Shown: positions 8,601-17,910 of the stretch, in pieces
How positions within the stretch are numbered: the first letter of the stretch is position 1
Layout: each line of letters opens with the position of its first letter
From: Bacillus subtilis subsp. subtilis str. 168
Lineage (GTDB): Bacteria; Bacillota; Bacilli; Bacillales; Bacillaceae
Assembly: GCF_000009045.1 (NCBI RefSeq)
Contig: NC_000964.3
Span: 660,001-692,000, forward strand
DNA length: 32,000 nt
Direction: 5' to 3'
Translations under genes and position numbers: made by a program
Notes under the pieces: generated by a model
Told to the model about the DNA's origin: nothing
Databases searched by the model: none
Seen by the model: the letters and a program-made list of their open reading frames with translations, nothing else

Positions 8601-9992
8601 ATGATTGGAACAGAAAAAGTAACGGCATTGAAGGCGAAGCATCAGTCAAAATCCAGCACCGGCCTGTCCTGGTTTGAACGAATCGGTTATGGATTCGGCG
8701 ATATGTCGTATAATATTATCTTTCAGTTTGTAAACGCATACTTATTATTTTATTATACAGACGTCGGCGGCATTCAGCCTGCGGTAATCGCAACTTTGTT
8801 TCTTGTTGTGCGTGTGCTGGATGCTATTTTTGACCCGATCATGGGATTGATTTTAGATAAAACGAATACAAGGTGGGGAAAAGCAAGGCCATATTTGCTG
8901 TGGGTGGCATTTCCTTTTGCGCTATTCACATTCTTATGTTTCACGACGCCTCATTTCGGTGAGACCGGAAATATGGTATATGCGTATGTCACTTATATTC
9001 TGCTTGGGATGTCCTTTAGTATGCAAACGATCCCGGTGAACAGCTTAACGGGGCGGATGACGAATTCGGTGGAGGAACGAACGGTTCTGACCACAACCCG
9101 GATGATTTTGGTGTATATCGGCATTCTTTTATCCATTTCCTGTGCGACACCGCTTGCAACTGCTATCGGAGGAGAGGATCAGGCGTTTGGATTTCAGATG
9201 ACGGCGCTCATCTATGCGGCTGTCAGCATCGTTTTGAATCTATTTAGTTTCTTTACTGTACGGGAGCGGATTCAGCCTAAAAAGAGAAAAAAACAAGGGA
9301 TCAAAAAGACGTTATCCGTTTTATTCAAAAACAAACCCTTGCTCATGTTAATTTCATCATTTTTGGCTTTTGCGATCGGGTTTAATATTAAGCTCAGCAC
9401 GATGGTGTATTATTTTACGTATAACGTAAACCATAAAGAGTTCGTGTTTATGGGCACCGTTTTATTTTTCGGGGCAGCGCTGATCAGCAATTTGTTTATT
9501 CCTTTCTTTTCTGAGAAGTGGGGCAGAAAACAAGTCATGATTATCACGGCAGCTCTATCGCTTATTTCTTATGCCGGCCTGCATTTTACGCCGTATTCTT
9601 CAATTCCACTCATTTTCATTTGGCTTTTCGCTTCGGGATTTTTCACAACGCCTTTAAATACGCTTGCTTGGGGAATGGTTGCGGATTGCGTCGATTATGC
9701 GGAATGGAAAACCGGAATTCGCGCGGATGGTGTTGTGATTTCGAGCATGAGCTTTATTAATAAGCTGGGTGTTGCGTTAGCCGGGTCATTTTCGGCCATT
9801 TATTTAGGAATCGCCGGGTATGTGGCGAATACAGACCAGACAGTTGCGTCGTTGAATGCGATTAAAAATATGAATGCTTTGATTCCGGGATTTTTCATTT
9901 TGCTTTCTATTATTCTTATCGCCTTCTATCCTTTAACGGAAAAAAGATATAAACACATCATCTCTGAGCTGGAGCAAAGGTCTGCGAGATAA
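8601..9992 (+). CDS. gutP: Glucitol/sorbitol transporter GutP (GPH/MFS family)
   Basis: 463 aa from the ATG at 8601 (adjacent ATG at 8598); polytopic protein with the GPH signature [28 protein letters not shown]; downstream of gutB. Confidence 0.92.
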
Positions 9993-10020
9993 ATAGATGT
10001 AAAATTTTTAATATTCAATG

Positions 10021-10048
10021 TTGTATTTATGGCAAAAAGTAATATACT
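10021..10048 (+). promoter_or_regulatory. Possible SigA promoter for gutF
   Basis: TTGTAT-16 bp-TATACT between gutP and gutF. Confidence 0.35.
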
Positions 10049-10086
10049 GAGACTGTAATCTAGACTTTATAAATGAGTGTGATAAT

Positions 10087-11049
10087 ATGCGTAGTCATTC
10101 TGTAGTTTGTATTGGGGAATTGTTGATTGATTTCTTTTGTACCGATGTTGACGTTGATTTAATGGAAGGGCGCCAATTCCTGAAAAGTGCCGGCGGGGCA
10201 CCGGCGAATGTGTCGGCAGCGATTGCCAAGCTGGGCGGAGACGCCGCTTTCAGCGGAAAAGTAGGAAAGGATCCGTTTGGGTATTTTCTGAAGCGAACAT
10301 TGGACGCTGTACATGTCGATACCTCTATGCTGGTGATGGATGAGAAAGCGCCTACAACGCTTGCTTTTGTTTCATTAAAACAAAATGGAGAGCGTGACTT
10401 TGTTTTTAATAGAGGCGCGGACGCTTTGTTTACGCTGGAGGACATTGACCAGGAAAAACTAAACGAAGCGAAAATCCTTCATTTCGGCTCTGCGACGGCA
10501 CTGTTATCGGATCCGTTTTGCTCAGCCTATTTACGGTTGATGTCGATTGCGAAAGACAATGGACAGTTTATTTCGTTTGACCCTAACTACCGTGAAGATT
10601 TATGGAGGGGAAGAGTCTCAGAGTTTGTAAGTGTTGCGAAAAAAGCGATCGCTGTAAGTGATTTTGTGAAAGTCAGTGACGAGGAACTTGAGATTATCAG
10701 CGGTGTGAAGGATCATGAAAAGGGAGTTGCGATCCTTCATGAGATCGGAGCCAACATTGTCGCTGTGACACTTGGGAAAAGCGGAACGCTTCTTTCCAAT
10801 GGAAAAGACCGTGAAATCATTCCAAGCATTCCGGTGACATCAATTGACTCAACAGGGGCGGGAGATGCTTTTGTCGGTGCGGCTTTATATCAATTGGCAA
10901 ACACGGATCAGATTCAATCTGTAGATGCTGATTTTGTGAAACTGCGTGAGATTGTGGCGTTTGCCAATAAGGTCGGAGCTCTTGTGTGCACTAAAATTGG
11001 AGCGATTGATGCACTGCCGAGTTTGGATGAGATTGGAGTTTCTTTGTAA
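10087..11049 (+). CDS. gutF: PfkB-family fructokinase GutF (YdjE)
   Basis: 320 aa; [11 protein letters not shown]-terminus, [16 protein letters not shown], and C-terminal [12 protein letters not shown] PfkB signature. Confidence 0.9.
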
Positions 11050-11056
11050 ATCATTG

Positions 11057-11104
11057 AAGATGTTTCTTGAAAGTCTTTGGACTTTTGGGGGCATCTTTTT
11101 TTAT
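11057..11104 (+). terminator. Putative terminator after gutF
   Basis: AAGATG...AAAGTCtttgGACTTT...CATCTT followed by TTTTT. Confidence 0.6.
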
Positions 11105-11173
11105 TGCTTACATTTTTGTTCAGGTAAAAAGTTGTATATTTTTTGTTTGAAATGTCATTTTTTATTAAAAAAG

Positions 11174-11205
11174 TGAAACTTTTAACGATAATAAATAGTA
11201 TATGT
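11174..11205 (+). promoter_or_regulatory. SigW-type promoter of pspA operon
   Basis: TGAAAC - TTTTAACGATAATAAAT - AGTATA, close to the SigW consensus TGAAAC-N16-CGTA. pspA is an established SigW target. Confidence 0.65.
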
Positions 11206-11244
11206 AACAAGGGTTACCGAATTAGCTTTAGGAGGAACGATATA

Positions 11245-11928
11245 ATGAGTATAATTGGAAGATTTAAAGATATTATGTCTGCGAATATCAATGCTTTATT
11301 GGACAAGGCTGAAAATCCGGAGAAAATGGTAGATCAATATTTAAGAAATATGAATAGCGATTTGGCTAAGGTTAAGGCAGAAACAGCAGCTGTTATGGCT
11401 GAGGAGCAGAGAGCAAAAAGAGAATATCACGAATGCCAGGCGGATATGGAAAAGATGGAAAGCTATGCAATGAAGGCGCTGCAAGCCGGGAATGAGAGCG
11501 ATGCGAGAAAATTTCTTGAAAGAAAAACATCTTTGGAGTCAAAGCTTTCTGAGCTGCAGGCGGCGAATCAAATTGCTGCAACCAATGCCGCACAGATGAG
11601 AAAGATGCATGACAAATTGGTATCTGACATTGGAGAGCTGGAAGCACGCAAAAATATGATCAAGGCGAAGTGGGCAGTAGCGAAAACGCAAGAAAGAATG
11701 AACAAACTGGGCGCTTCTGTTTCAAGTACAAGCCAATCAATGTCTGCATTCGGCCGAATGGAGGACAAAGTAAATAAGGCACTTGATCAGGCCAATGCAA
11801 TGGCTGAACTGAACAGCGCTCCGCAGGATGATATGGCTGATCTGTCTGCAAAGTATGACACTGGCGGTTCAAGCCAGGTTGATGATGAACTTGCGGCGTT
11901 AAAAGCGAAAATGATGCTCGATAAGTAA
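11245..11928 (+). CDS. pspA: Phage shock protein A homologue PspA
   Basis: 227 aa from the ATG at 11245, preceded by TTAGGAGGAACG; MSIIGRFKDIMSANINALLDKAENPEKMVDQYLRNM is the PspA/IM30 N-terminus. The 11143 start of the track ORF is too far upstream. Confidence 0.95.
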   Translation: MSIIGRFKDIMSANINALLDKAENPEKMVDQYLRNMNSDLAKVKAETAAVMAEEQRAKREYHECQADMEKMESYAMKALQAGNESDARKFLERKTSLESKLSELQAANQIAATNAAQMRKMHDKLVSDIGELEARKNMIKAKWAVAKTQERMNKLGASVSSTSQSMSAFGRMEDKVNKALDQANAMAELNSAPQDDMADLSAKYDTGGSSQVDDELAALKAKMMLDK

Positions 11929-11938
11929 TACATAGGAG

Positions 11939-11959
11939 GCCGCAGCTTTCGGCTGCGGC
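11939..11959 (+). promoter_or_regulatory. GC-rich stem-loop between pspA and ydjG (possible attenuator or processing/stability element)
   Basis: GCCGCAGC-tttcg-GCTGCGGC, 8 bp perfect stem without a strong T run. Confidence 0.5.
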
Positions 11960-11993
11960 GTCATTTTATCATAAAATGTGAGAGGGAACGGTA

Positions 11994-13019
11994 ATGATAA
12001 TATCTTATAAGTGTCCGAACTGCGGCAGTGATATGGCATTTGACAGTGAAACCGGCTCGTTATCCTGCAGCAGCTGCGGAAGACAGGACAATATTGAAAG
12101 CCTTCCGAAAGAAAACATTGCGGCACGGTTTTCTGATGATGAAGCAAAAGAATATCAATGTAAAAACTGCGGTGCCGTTTTGATCACGGAAGCTGAAACG
12201 ACAGCAACGACGTGCAGCTTCTGCGGAGGTGCTGCAATACTTGCCGATCGTTTATCAGGACATTTGGCGCCGGCGAAGGTCATTCCATTTACAATCAGCA
12301 AGCAAGAAGCGGAGCAGGCATTTCGAAAGTGGTGCAAAAAAGGCCTTCTGACACCAAGAGGTTTCATGTCTGCTGATCGTATCAAAAGCATCACCGGCAT
12401 GTATATTCCATTTTGGATGTTTGATTTAAATAGTGAAGTACAGGTGAGAGCAAACTGTACCAGAGTCCATCAATATGAAGAAGGGGATTATATTTGCACG
12501 GAAACAGAGCACTTTGAAGCGTTTCGTGATATCAATCTCGATTATTTGAAAATCCCTGTCGATGCCTCTGAAAAAATGAAAGACGAATTAATGGACAAAT
12601 TGGAGCCTTATTCATACGAAGAGCTGAAGGACTTTCAAACGGCATATTTGGCCGGTTATATTGCGGAAAAGTACAATTATACCGATGAGGAGCTTTTTCC
12701 GAGGGCAAAAGAGAAAATCAGCAGTTATATAGATTCATACATCCATTCTACTTTTTCCGGATATACGTCAGTCAATGTGAGGGACAAACATATTCACACG
12801 AAAAACGTGAACAGCTTTTACGTTTTGCTTCCTGTTTGGATGGTCAGTTACGATTATGAAAGAGCGGAGCATATCTTTGCGATGAACGGGCAAACAGGAA
12901 AGGTCGTTGGAAAGCCGCCGATCAGTCGAGGAAAAGTGGCTGCATGGTTTAGCGGAATAGCAGGCGGGACATTTCTTGCGTTGAAGCTCGTCTCATTGAT
13001 GATGGGAGGCGGATTTTGA
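11994..13019 (+). CDS. ydjG: YdjG, zinc-ribbon membrane-associated protein of PspA operon
   Basis: 341 aa; CPNCGSDMAF/CSSCG and CKNCG/CSFCG zinc-finger pairs and a C-terminal hydrophobic segment. Confidence 0.9.
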   Translation: MIISYKCPNCGSDMAFDSETGSLSCSSCGRQDNIESLPKENIAARFSDDEAKEYQCKNCGAVLITEAETTATTCSFCGGAAILADRLSGHLAPAKVIPFTISKQEAEQAFRKWCKKGLLTPRGFMSADRIKSITGMYIPFWMFDLNSEVQVRANCTRVHQYEEGDYICTETEHFEAFRDINLDYLKIPVDASEKMKDELMDKLEPYSYEELKDFQTAYLAGYIAEKYNYTDEELFPRAKEKISSYIDSYIHSTFSGYTSVNVRDKHIHTKNVNSFYVLLPVWMVSYDYERAEHIFAMNGQTGKVVGKPPISRGKVAAWFSGIAGGTFLALKLVSLMMGGGF

Positions 13020-13783
13020 TGCGTGGATTTTTTGGGAAAGCGATCTTTGTTGTGCTGGCTGTTTTCATCATGATGCCTTTACTGGGTATCGAAGCGGTAA
13101 GAGCCTCTGAATTGCAGCAGCATGTGTACGATCGCGCTCATCTATTGTCAAAAGCGGAGATCGGAAAACTTGAATCTCTCTCGGCAAAGCTGGGTGCAAA
13201 GAGGGACACTGATTTCATCATTATTACGACCAAAAGCACAAACGGTGAAGATATTGCAGACTATACCGGCGATTTTTATGATCGTTACGGAAAAGGCAGT
13301 ACAGCCATTCTGACGATTGATATGACAAACAGAGAAGTGTTTATCGCAGGCTTTAAAAAAGCCGAACAGTATTTGGACAACAGCAGGCTCAATAGCATCA
13401 GAAATACGATTTCATCTGATTTATCCAATGAAAATTATTTTGAAGCTTTTGAGACATATATTCAGCTTTCCTATAAAGATATGGGCATAAAACCGGGAGT
13501 AAACCCTGACAACATATTCTTTACATGGTGGTTTCAGCTGATTGCTGCCATCGCAGTCGGGGGAATTGCGGTTTCAATCATGCTTTATCATGCAGGCGGC
13601 AAAGTAACGGTTAATGGAAGTACATATATGGATCAGCGTACGTCTGATGTGATTGATCAATACGACACTTATATTAGAACGACTGTAACAAGAGAAAGAA
13701 AACCATCAGATAAAGACAGCGGCAGCGATGGCGGTGTTACGAAAGGCGGCACGTCATACAGTGGGAGCCGGGGCAGTTTTTAA
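13019..13783 (+). CDS. ydjH: YdjH, TPM-domain (YgcG-like) membrane protein
   Basis: 254 aa from the ATG overlapping the ydjG stop. N-terminal hydrophobic segment, VYDRAHLLSKAEIGKLE...IIITTKS TPM-like region, later TM segment and Gly/Ser-rich tail. Confidence 0.85.
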   Translation: MRGFFGKAIFVVLAVFIMMPLLGIEAVRASELQQHVYDRAHLLSKAEIGKLESLSAKLGAKRDTDFIIITTKSTNGEDIADYTGDFYDRYGKGSTAILTIDMTNREVFIAGFKKAEQYLDNSRLNSIRNTISSDLSNENYFEAFETYIQLSYKDMGIKPGVNPDNIFFTWWFQLIAAIAVGGIAVSIMLYHAGGKVTVNGSTYMDQRTSDVIDQYDTYIRTTVTRERKPSDKDSGSDGGVTKGGTSYSGSRGSF

Positions 13784-13813
13784 ATGTAAGAAATAGAGAA
13801 AGGGAGAGGCGTA

Positions 13814-14785
13814 ATGTCGTTTTTCAGAAATCAATTAGCGAATGTAGTAGAGTGGGAAGAATTTAGAGATGATATGATTTTTTATAAATGGAACAATCGT
13901 GAAATCAAAAAAGGGAGCCGTTTAATCATTCGTCCCGGACAGGATGCTGTCTTTTTGAACAATGGGCGGGTTGAAGGAGTCTTTCAAGATGATGGCGATT
14001 ATGATATTGAATCAGAAATTATTCCATTCCTTTCAACGTTAAAGGGCTTTAAGTTTGGCTTTAACAGCGGCATGCGAGCTGAGGTGCTGTTTGTCAATAC
14101 GAAGGAATTTACCGTAAGATGGGGAACAAAACAGGCGATAAATATTCCGGCAGCGGGAATGCCAGGCGGGATGCCCATTCGCGCAAACGGCACATTTAAT
14201 TTCAAGGTGCAGGACTATATCAGCCTGATTGATAAAATCGCTGGCGTGAAAGATCAATATTTTGTAGAGGATATTAAAACCCGTATCATTTCTATTCTGG
14301 ATCAGCTTCTCATGAAGTGGATCACAAGAGAAGGGAAAGATATGTTTAATCTTCAAGCAAACGCTTTTGATATTGCCAAGGGAATTCAAGAGGACTTAGA
14401 TATGCAATTAATAAGCGACGGGATGACGGTCACTGGTTTTCAAATCATGAGCTTTAATTATCCTCAAGAGGTTCAAGATATGATTACAAAGAACGCTTCC
14501 TACGGTATGGTTGGGGATGTGAACAGATACCAGCAAATATCAATGACGGATGGAATGGCATCCGGAAAGATGAGCGGAAGCGGAGCGGCTTCGGATATGG
14601 CTGGAATGATGATGGGAATGAATATGGCCAATCAGATGATGAACCAAATGAATCAGAATCAGCAGGCACAGTCATCAGGCCCACAGTCAACTGGCAGCGG
14701 AAGCAAACCGAATTTCTGTCCAAACTGCGGAACAAAAACGGGCGAAGCCAATTTTTGTCCGAATTGCGGCCAGAAGCTTGTATAA
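13814..14785 (+). CDS. ydjI: YdjI, SPFH/stomatin-like protein with C-terminal zinc ribbon
   Basis: 323 aa; SPFH-like core and C-terminal FCPNCGTKTGEANFCPNCGQKLV. Confidence 0.88.
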   Translation: MSFFRNQLANVVEWEEFRDDMIFYKWNNREIKKGSRLIIRPGQDAVFLNNGRVEGVFQDDGDYDIESEIIPFLSTLKGFKFGFNSGMRAEVLFVNTKEFTVRWGTKQAINIPAAGMPGGMPIRANGTFNFKVQDYISLIDKIAGVKDQYFVEDIKTRIISILDQLLMKWITREGKDMFNLQANAFDIAKGIQEDLDMQLISDGMTVTGFQIMSFNYPQEVQDMITKNASYGMVGDVNRYQQISMTDGMASGKMSGSGAASDMAGMMMGMNMANQMMNQMNQNQQAQSSGPQSTGSGSKPNFCPNCGTKTGEANFCPNCGQKLV

Positions 14786-14798
14786 GAATCATACAGTG

Positions 14799-14833
14799 AA
14801 AAGTCCGGAGTGATCAGCACTCGGGACTTTTTT
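14799..14833. terminator. Terminator between ydjI and convergent ydjJ
   Basis: AAAAGTCCGGAGTG-atcag-CACTCGGGACTTTTTTA. Confidence 0.75.
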
Positions 14834-15857
14834 ATTTAGGAGAATAAGCATTACCTATTGCTTGCTCCTGAACAGGCCATTTTCGAGCCCCCGCTTGGAT
14901 AATTCCCAGCAGCAATTGACGACGTTCCTTTATTGAATTGACGGCAATTTGAAATGTTTGCTTTGATAAAGCCGGTATGCCTGATTGTTGAAGCTTTGAG
15001 ATGTCTGGTTCTGGCGGCGCTTGTTCTGCAGGATGGATATAGGCAGTATGAACGGTATCCAGATAGTTTTTGATACTTGAGCGCGCTTCTTTGATATGAA
15101 GCTGATTCGGCTGATATTGTTCAGGAATTCCGTATTTGAAAATGGTTAGAGCCTCATCCAATACAGCAACAGCTATAATGGATGATTCCTGATGCTGCGT
15201 GCTGTGGTAAAAATGAAGGATGGGGAAGGCGTTATGCTGAGCGGTCAGCTTTCCCAGTTCTGATGAGGCAGCGACAAGAAGAAAATCAATGTCGTGAAAA
15301 TCTTTGCCATTCCATGCATTATGGACGATTTCAGTTCCGTCATGCCCTAGACTTAATACACTTTGGGCAAAGGAGCGTTTTTGATTAACCGCACTCAAGA
15401 CGGAAATCAAATACGTGACAGAAAATGTGATGGTAAGCAGTCCTTGAGCTGTTTCAATAATCGTGACAAGCTTCCATAGGCCTCCGTTCGGAGCGAGGTC
15501 GCCATTTCCTAATGTAAACATGACATAGCCGGAAAAATAAATTCGGTCTGACCAGGAAGCCGGTTCTTTTGATTGAGTTTCCATAAGTGAGTGAGGGTCA
15601 CTCGAGTAAATCAAAACCCACCCGCTCCAAAATAGACTGATCCATATCACTAACGTCAGGCATAACAGCAGAGGACCAGCCATACTTAGAACCTTTGCGT
15701 GGTCACCGCTGATTTTGCGGCAGCCCTTCCACAGCCAGGCAGACAGGCATCTTGTGATCGGGCCGGCACCGCTCTCTAACCATAACGTGGTCCATAAAAA
15801 ATCAATCATCCCCGCTGTCAATAATAAAAGGCCTGCAATGATATAACCCTCATTCAT
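14832..15857 (-). CDS. ydjJ: YdjJ, potassium channel-like membrane protein
   Basis: 341 aa; TM segments flanking a pore-like VMFTLGNGDLAPNGGLWK motif. Confidence 0.8.
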   Translation of the reverse strand: MNEGYIIAGLLLLTAGMIDFLWTTLWLESGAGPITRCLSAWLWKGCRKISGDHAKVLSMAGPLLLCLTLVIWISLFWSGWVLIYSSDPHSLMETQSKEPASWSDRIYFSGYVMFTLGNGDLAPNGGLWKLVTIIETAQGLLTITFSVTYLISVLSAVNQKRSFAQSVLSLGHDGTEIVHNAWNGKDFHDIDFLLVAASSELGKLTAQHNAFPILHFYHSTQHQESSIIAVAVLDEALTIFKYGIPEQYQPNQLHIKEARSSIKNYLDTVHTAYIHPAEQAPPEPDISKLQQSGIPALSKQTFQIAVNSIKERRQLLLGIIQAGARKWPVQEQAIGNAYSPK

Positions 15858-16128
15858 TTTGGTTGCCTCCCTTAAGTCAGCCTTCTTTTATTTTCTTCTC
15901 TATTTCCTTTTATCCTGAGTCTGAAACAATTGAACGAATGTTTGATTTTACAGAGAAAAATAGGTGGGAGTTACCCAACACTTACTCATTTTTCAATATG
16001 AACAGAAAATCACAAGATTTTTGACTTGATTCACACATTTTCATGAAGAAAAACGTTCATTTTCCCCTTGAATTGGTGATTTTCCTTTTATAGAGTAAAA
16101 AATTTTCAGAAATTTATATTGACTGAAA

Positions 16129-16157
16129 GCGTTTTTATAATTATGATAATATCAGAT
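16129..16157 (+). promoter_or_regulatory. iolT promoter with overlapping cre-like site
   Basis: TTGACT (16129-16134), 17 bp spacer, TATGAT (16152-16157). TGAAAGCGTTTTTA (16134-16147) matches TGWAANCGNTNWCA at 13 of 14 positions. Confidence 0.7.
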
Positions 16158-16219
16158 ATAACAAAAATGTCACTATAACATCACTACAATTGAACTATTA
16201 AGTGACTAATAAATACCAA

Positions 16220-16333
16220 ATGAACGAGGTTATGCACAAAGAAATGACCATTGTTCTTTTAACGAGAAATGAAATCGCTTCCATAGGGATTGACATGCTA
16301 AGAAGAAGGGAAGGTTATGAGGTTATTGGATAA
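16220..16333 (+). CDS. Leader small ORF (37 aa; 33 aa from the second in-frame ATG) upstream of iolT
   Basis: MNEVMHKEMTIVLLTRNEIASIGIDMLRRREGYEVIG*. An AACGAGGT stretch precedes the ATG at 16232. After the TAA the frame stays open for 21 more codons. Confidence 0.35.
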   Translation: MNEVMHKEMTIVLLTRNEIASIGIDMLRRREGYEVIG

Positions 16334-16441
16334 AAACATGAACAACTATTTTCTGAAGCCTGCTTACGAAATGTGAGGAAGGCAGCAGCCCTGGAATAAG
16401 TTTTTGACATACGCATTTTGAAAAAGACTGGGGGAAACAGT

Positions 16442-17863
16442 ATGAATAAACAAGGAAATCAAATGTCATTTTTACGTACAATTATTTTAGTCTCCACTTT
16501 CGGCGGGCTTCTTTTTGGCTATGATACCGGTGTGCTCAATGGAGCTTTGCCGTATATGGGAGAGCCGGATCAGCTTAATCTCAATGCCTTCACAGAAGGC
16601 CTTGTCACCAGTTCACTTCTTTTTGGAGCGGCACTGGGTGCTGTGTTTGGCGGCAGGATGTCTGATTTTAACGGCCGCCGCAAAAATATTTTGTTCCTCG
16701 CTGTTATATTTTTTATTTCAACGATTGGGTGTACGTTTGCACCAAATGTTACGGTCATGATTATTTCCCGTTTTGTGCTCGGTATTGCGGTTGGGGGTGC
16801 ATCCGTAACGGTGCCTGCCTATTTAGCAGAGATGTCTCCTGTGGAAAGCAGGGGACGGATGGTGACGCAGAACGAATTGATGATTGTATCAGGACAGCTT
16901 TTGGCCTTTGTTTTTAATGCGATCCTTGGAACAACAATGGGAGACAACTCCCATGTGTGGAGGTTTATGCTGGTCATTGCGTCACTTCCAGCCTTGTTCC
17001 TGTTTTTCGGCATGATCAGAATGCCCGAGAGTCCCCGTTGGCTTGTTTCTAAAGGAAGAAAAGAAGATGCTTTGCGTGTATTGAAAAAAATCAGGGACGA
17101 AAAACGGGCAGCAGCTGAGCTGCAAGAAATTGAATTCGCTTTCAAAAAAGAAGACCAGCTTGAAAAAGCGACATTTAAAGATCTTTCAGTCCCATGGGTG
17201 CGCCGTATTGTGTTTATTGGATTAGGGATTGCGATTGTACAGCAAATTACAGGTGTGAATTCGATTATGTATTATGGGACTGAAATTCTAAGAAATTCCG
17301 GTTTCCAAACGGAAGCCGCTTTAATCGGAAATATTGCGAATGGCGTGATTTCGGTATTGGCAACATTCGTCGGAATCTGGCTGCTGGGAAGAGTGGGGCG
17401 CCGGCCGATGCTGATGACAGGCTTGATCGGTACGACAACAGCATTATTGCTAATCGGGATATTCTCACTTGTACTTGAAGGATCACCGGCACTTCCGTAT
17501 GTAGTCCTGTCATTAACGGTCACATTTCTTGCTTTTCAGCAGGGCGCCATTTCACCAGTGACTTGGCTGATGCTATCTGAAATTTTCCCGCTTCGCCTTC
17601 GCGGACTGGGAATGGGTGTTACGGTATTCTGTCTGTGGATGGTGAATTTTGCAGTCAGTTTCACGTTTCCGATATTGCTGGCAGCTATCGGGCTGTCCAC
17701 AACGTTCTTTATCTTCGTTGGATTAGGAATTTGCTCTGTCTTGTTTGTGAAGAGGTTTTTGCCGGAAACGAAAGGGCTTTCGCTTGAGCAGCTGGAGGAA
17801 AACTTCCGCGCTTATGATCACAGCGGGGCAAAGAAGGATTCTGGGGCTGAAGTGATTGGATAA
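16442..17863 (+). CDS. iolT: Major myo-inositol transporter IolT (MFS sugar transporter)
   Basis: 473 aa from the ATG at 16442; sugar porter motifs GGLLFGYDTGVLNGA, GRMSDFNGRRK, PESPRWLVSKGR, PETKGLSLEQLEE. Confidence 0.93.
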   Translation: MNKQGNQMSFLRTIILVSTFGGLLFGYDTGVLNGALPYMGEPDQLNLNAFTEGLVTSSLLFGAALGAVFGGRMSDFNGRRKNILFLAVIFFISTIGCTFAPNVTVMIISRFVLGIAVGGASVTVPAYLAEMSPVESRGRMVTQNELMIVSGQLLAFVFNAILGTTMGDNSHVWRFMLVIASLPALFLFFGMIRMPESPRWLVSKGRKEDALRVLKKIRDEKRAAAELQEIEFAFKKEDQLEKATFKDLSVPWVRRIVFIGLGIAIVQQITGVNSIMYYGTEILRNSGFQTEAALIGNIANGVISVLATFVGIWLLGRVGRRPMLMTGLIGTTTALLLIGIFSLVLEGSPALPYVVLSLTVTFLAFQQGAISPVTWLMLSEIFPLRLRGLGMGVTVFCLWMVNFAVSFTFPILLAAIGLSTTFFIFVGLGICSVLFVKRFLPETKGLSLEQLEENFRAYDHSGAKKDSGAEVIG

Positions 17864-17866
17864 TTT

Positions 17867-17901
17867 AAAAAAGAATCCGCACCCGAGTGCGGATTCTTTT
17901 T
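17867..17901. terminator. Bidirectional terminator between iolT and bdhA
   Basis: AAAGAATCCGCACccgaGTGCGGATTCTTTTT. Confidence 0.85.
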
Positions 17902-17910
17902 GGTTTCAAA

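Noticed and set aside
11143-11244. N-terminal extension of PspA in the ORF track
   Set aside because: It would include the SigW promoter; the ATG at 11245 has a canonical RBS and PspA N-terminus.
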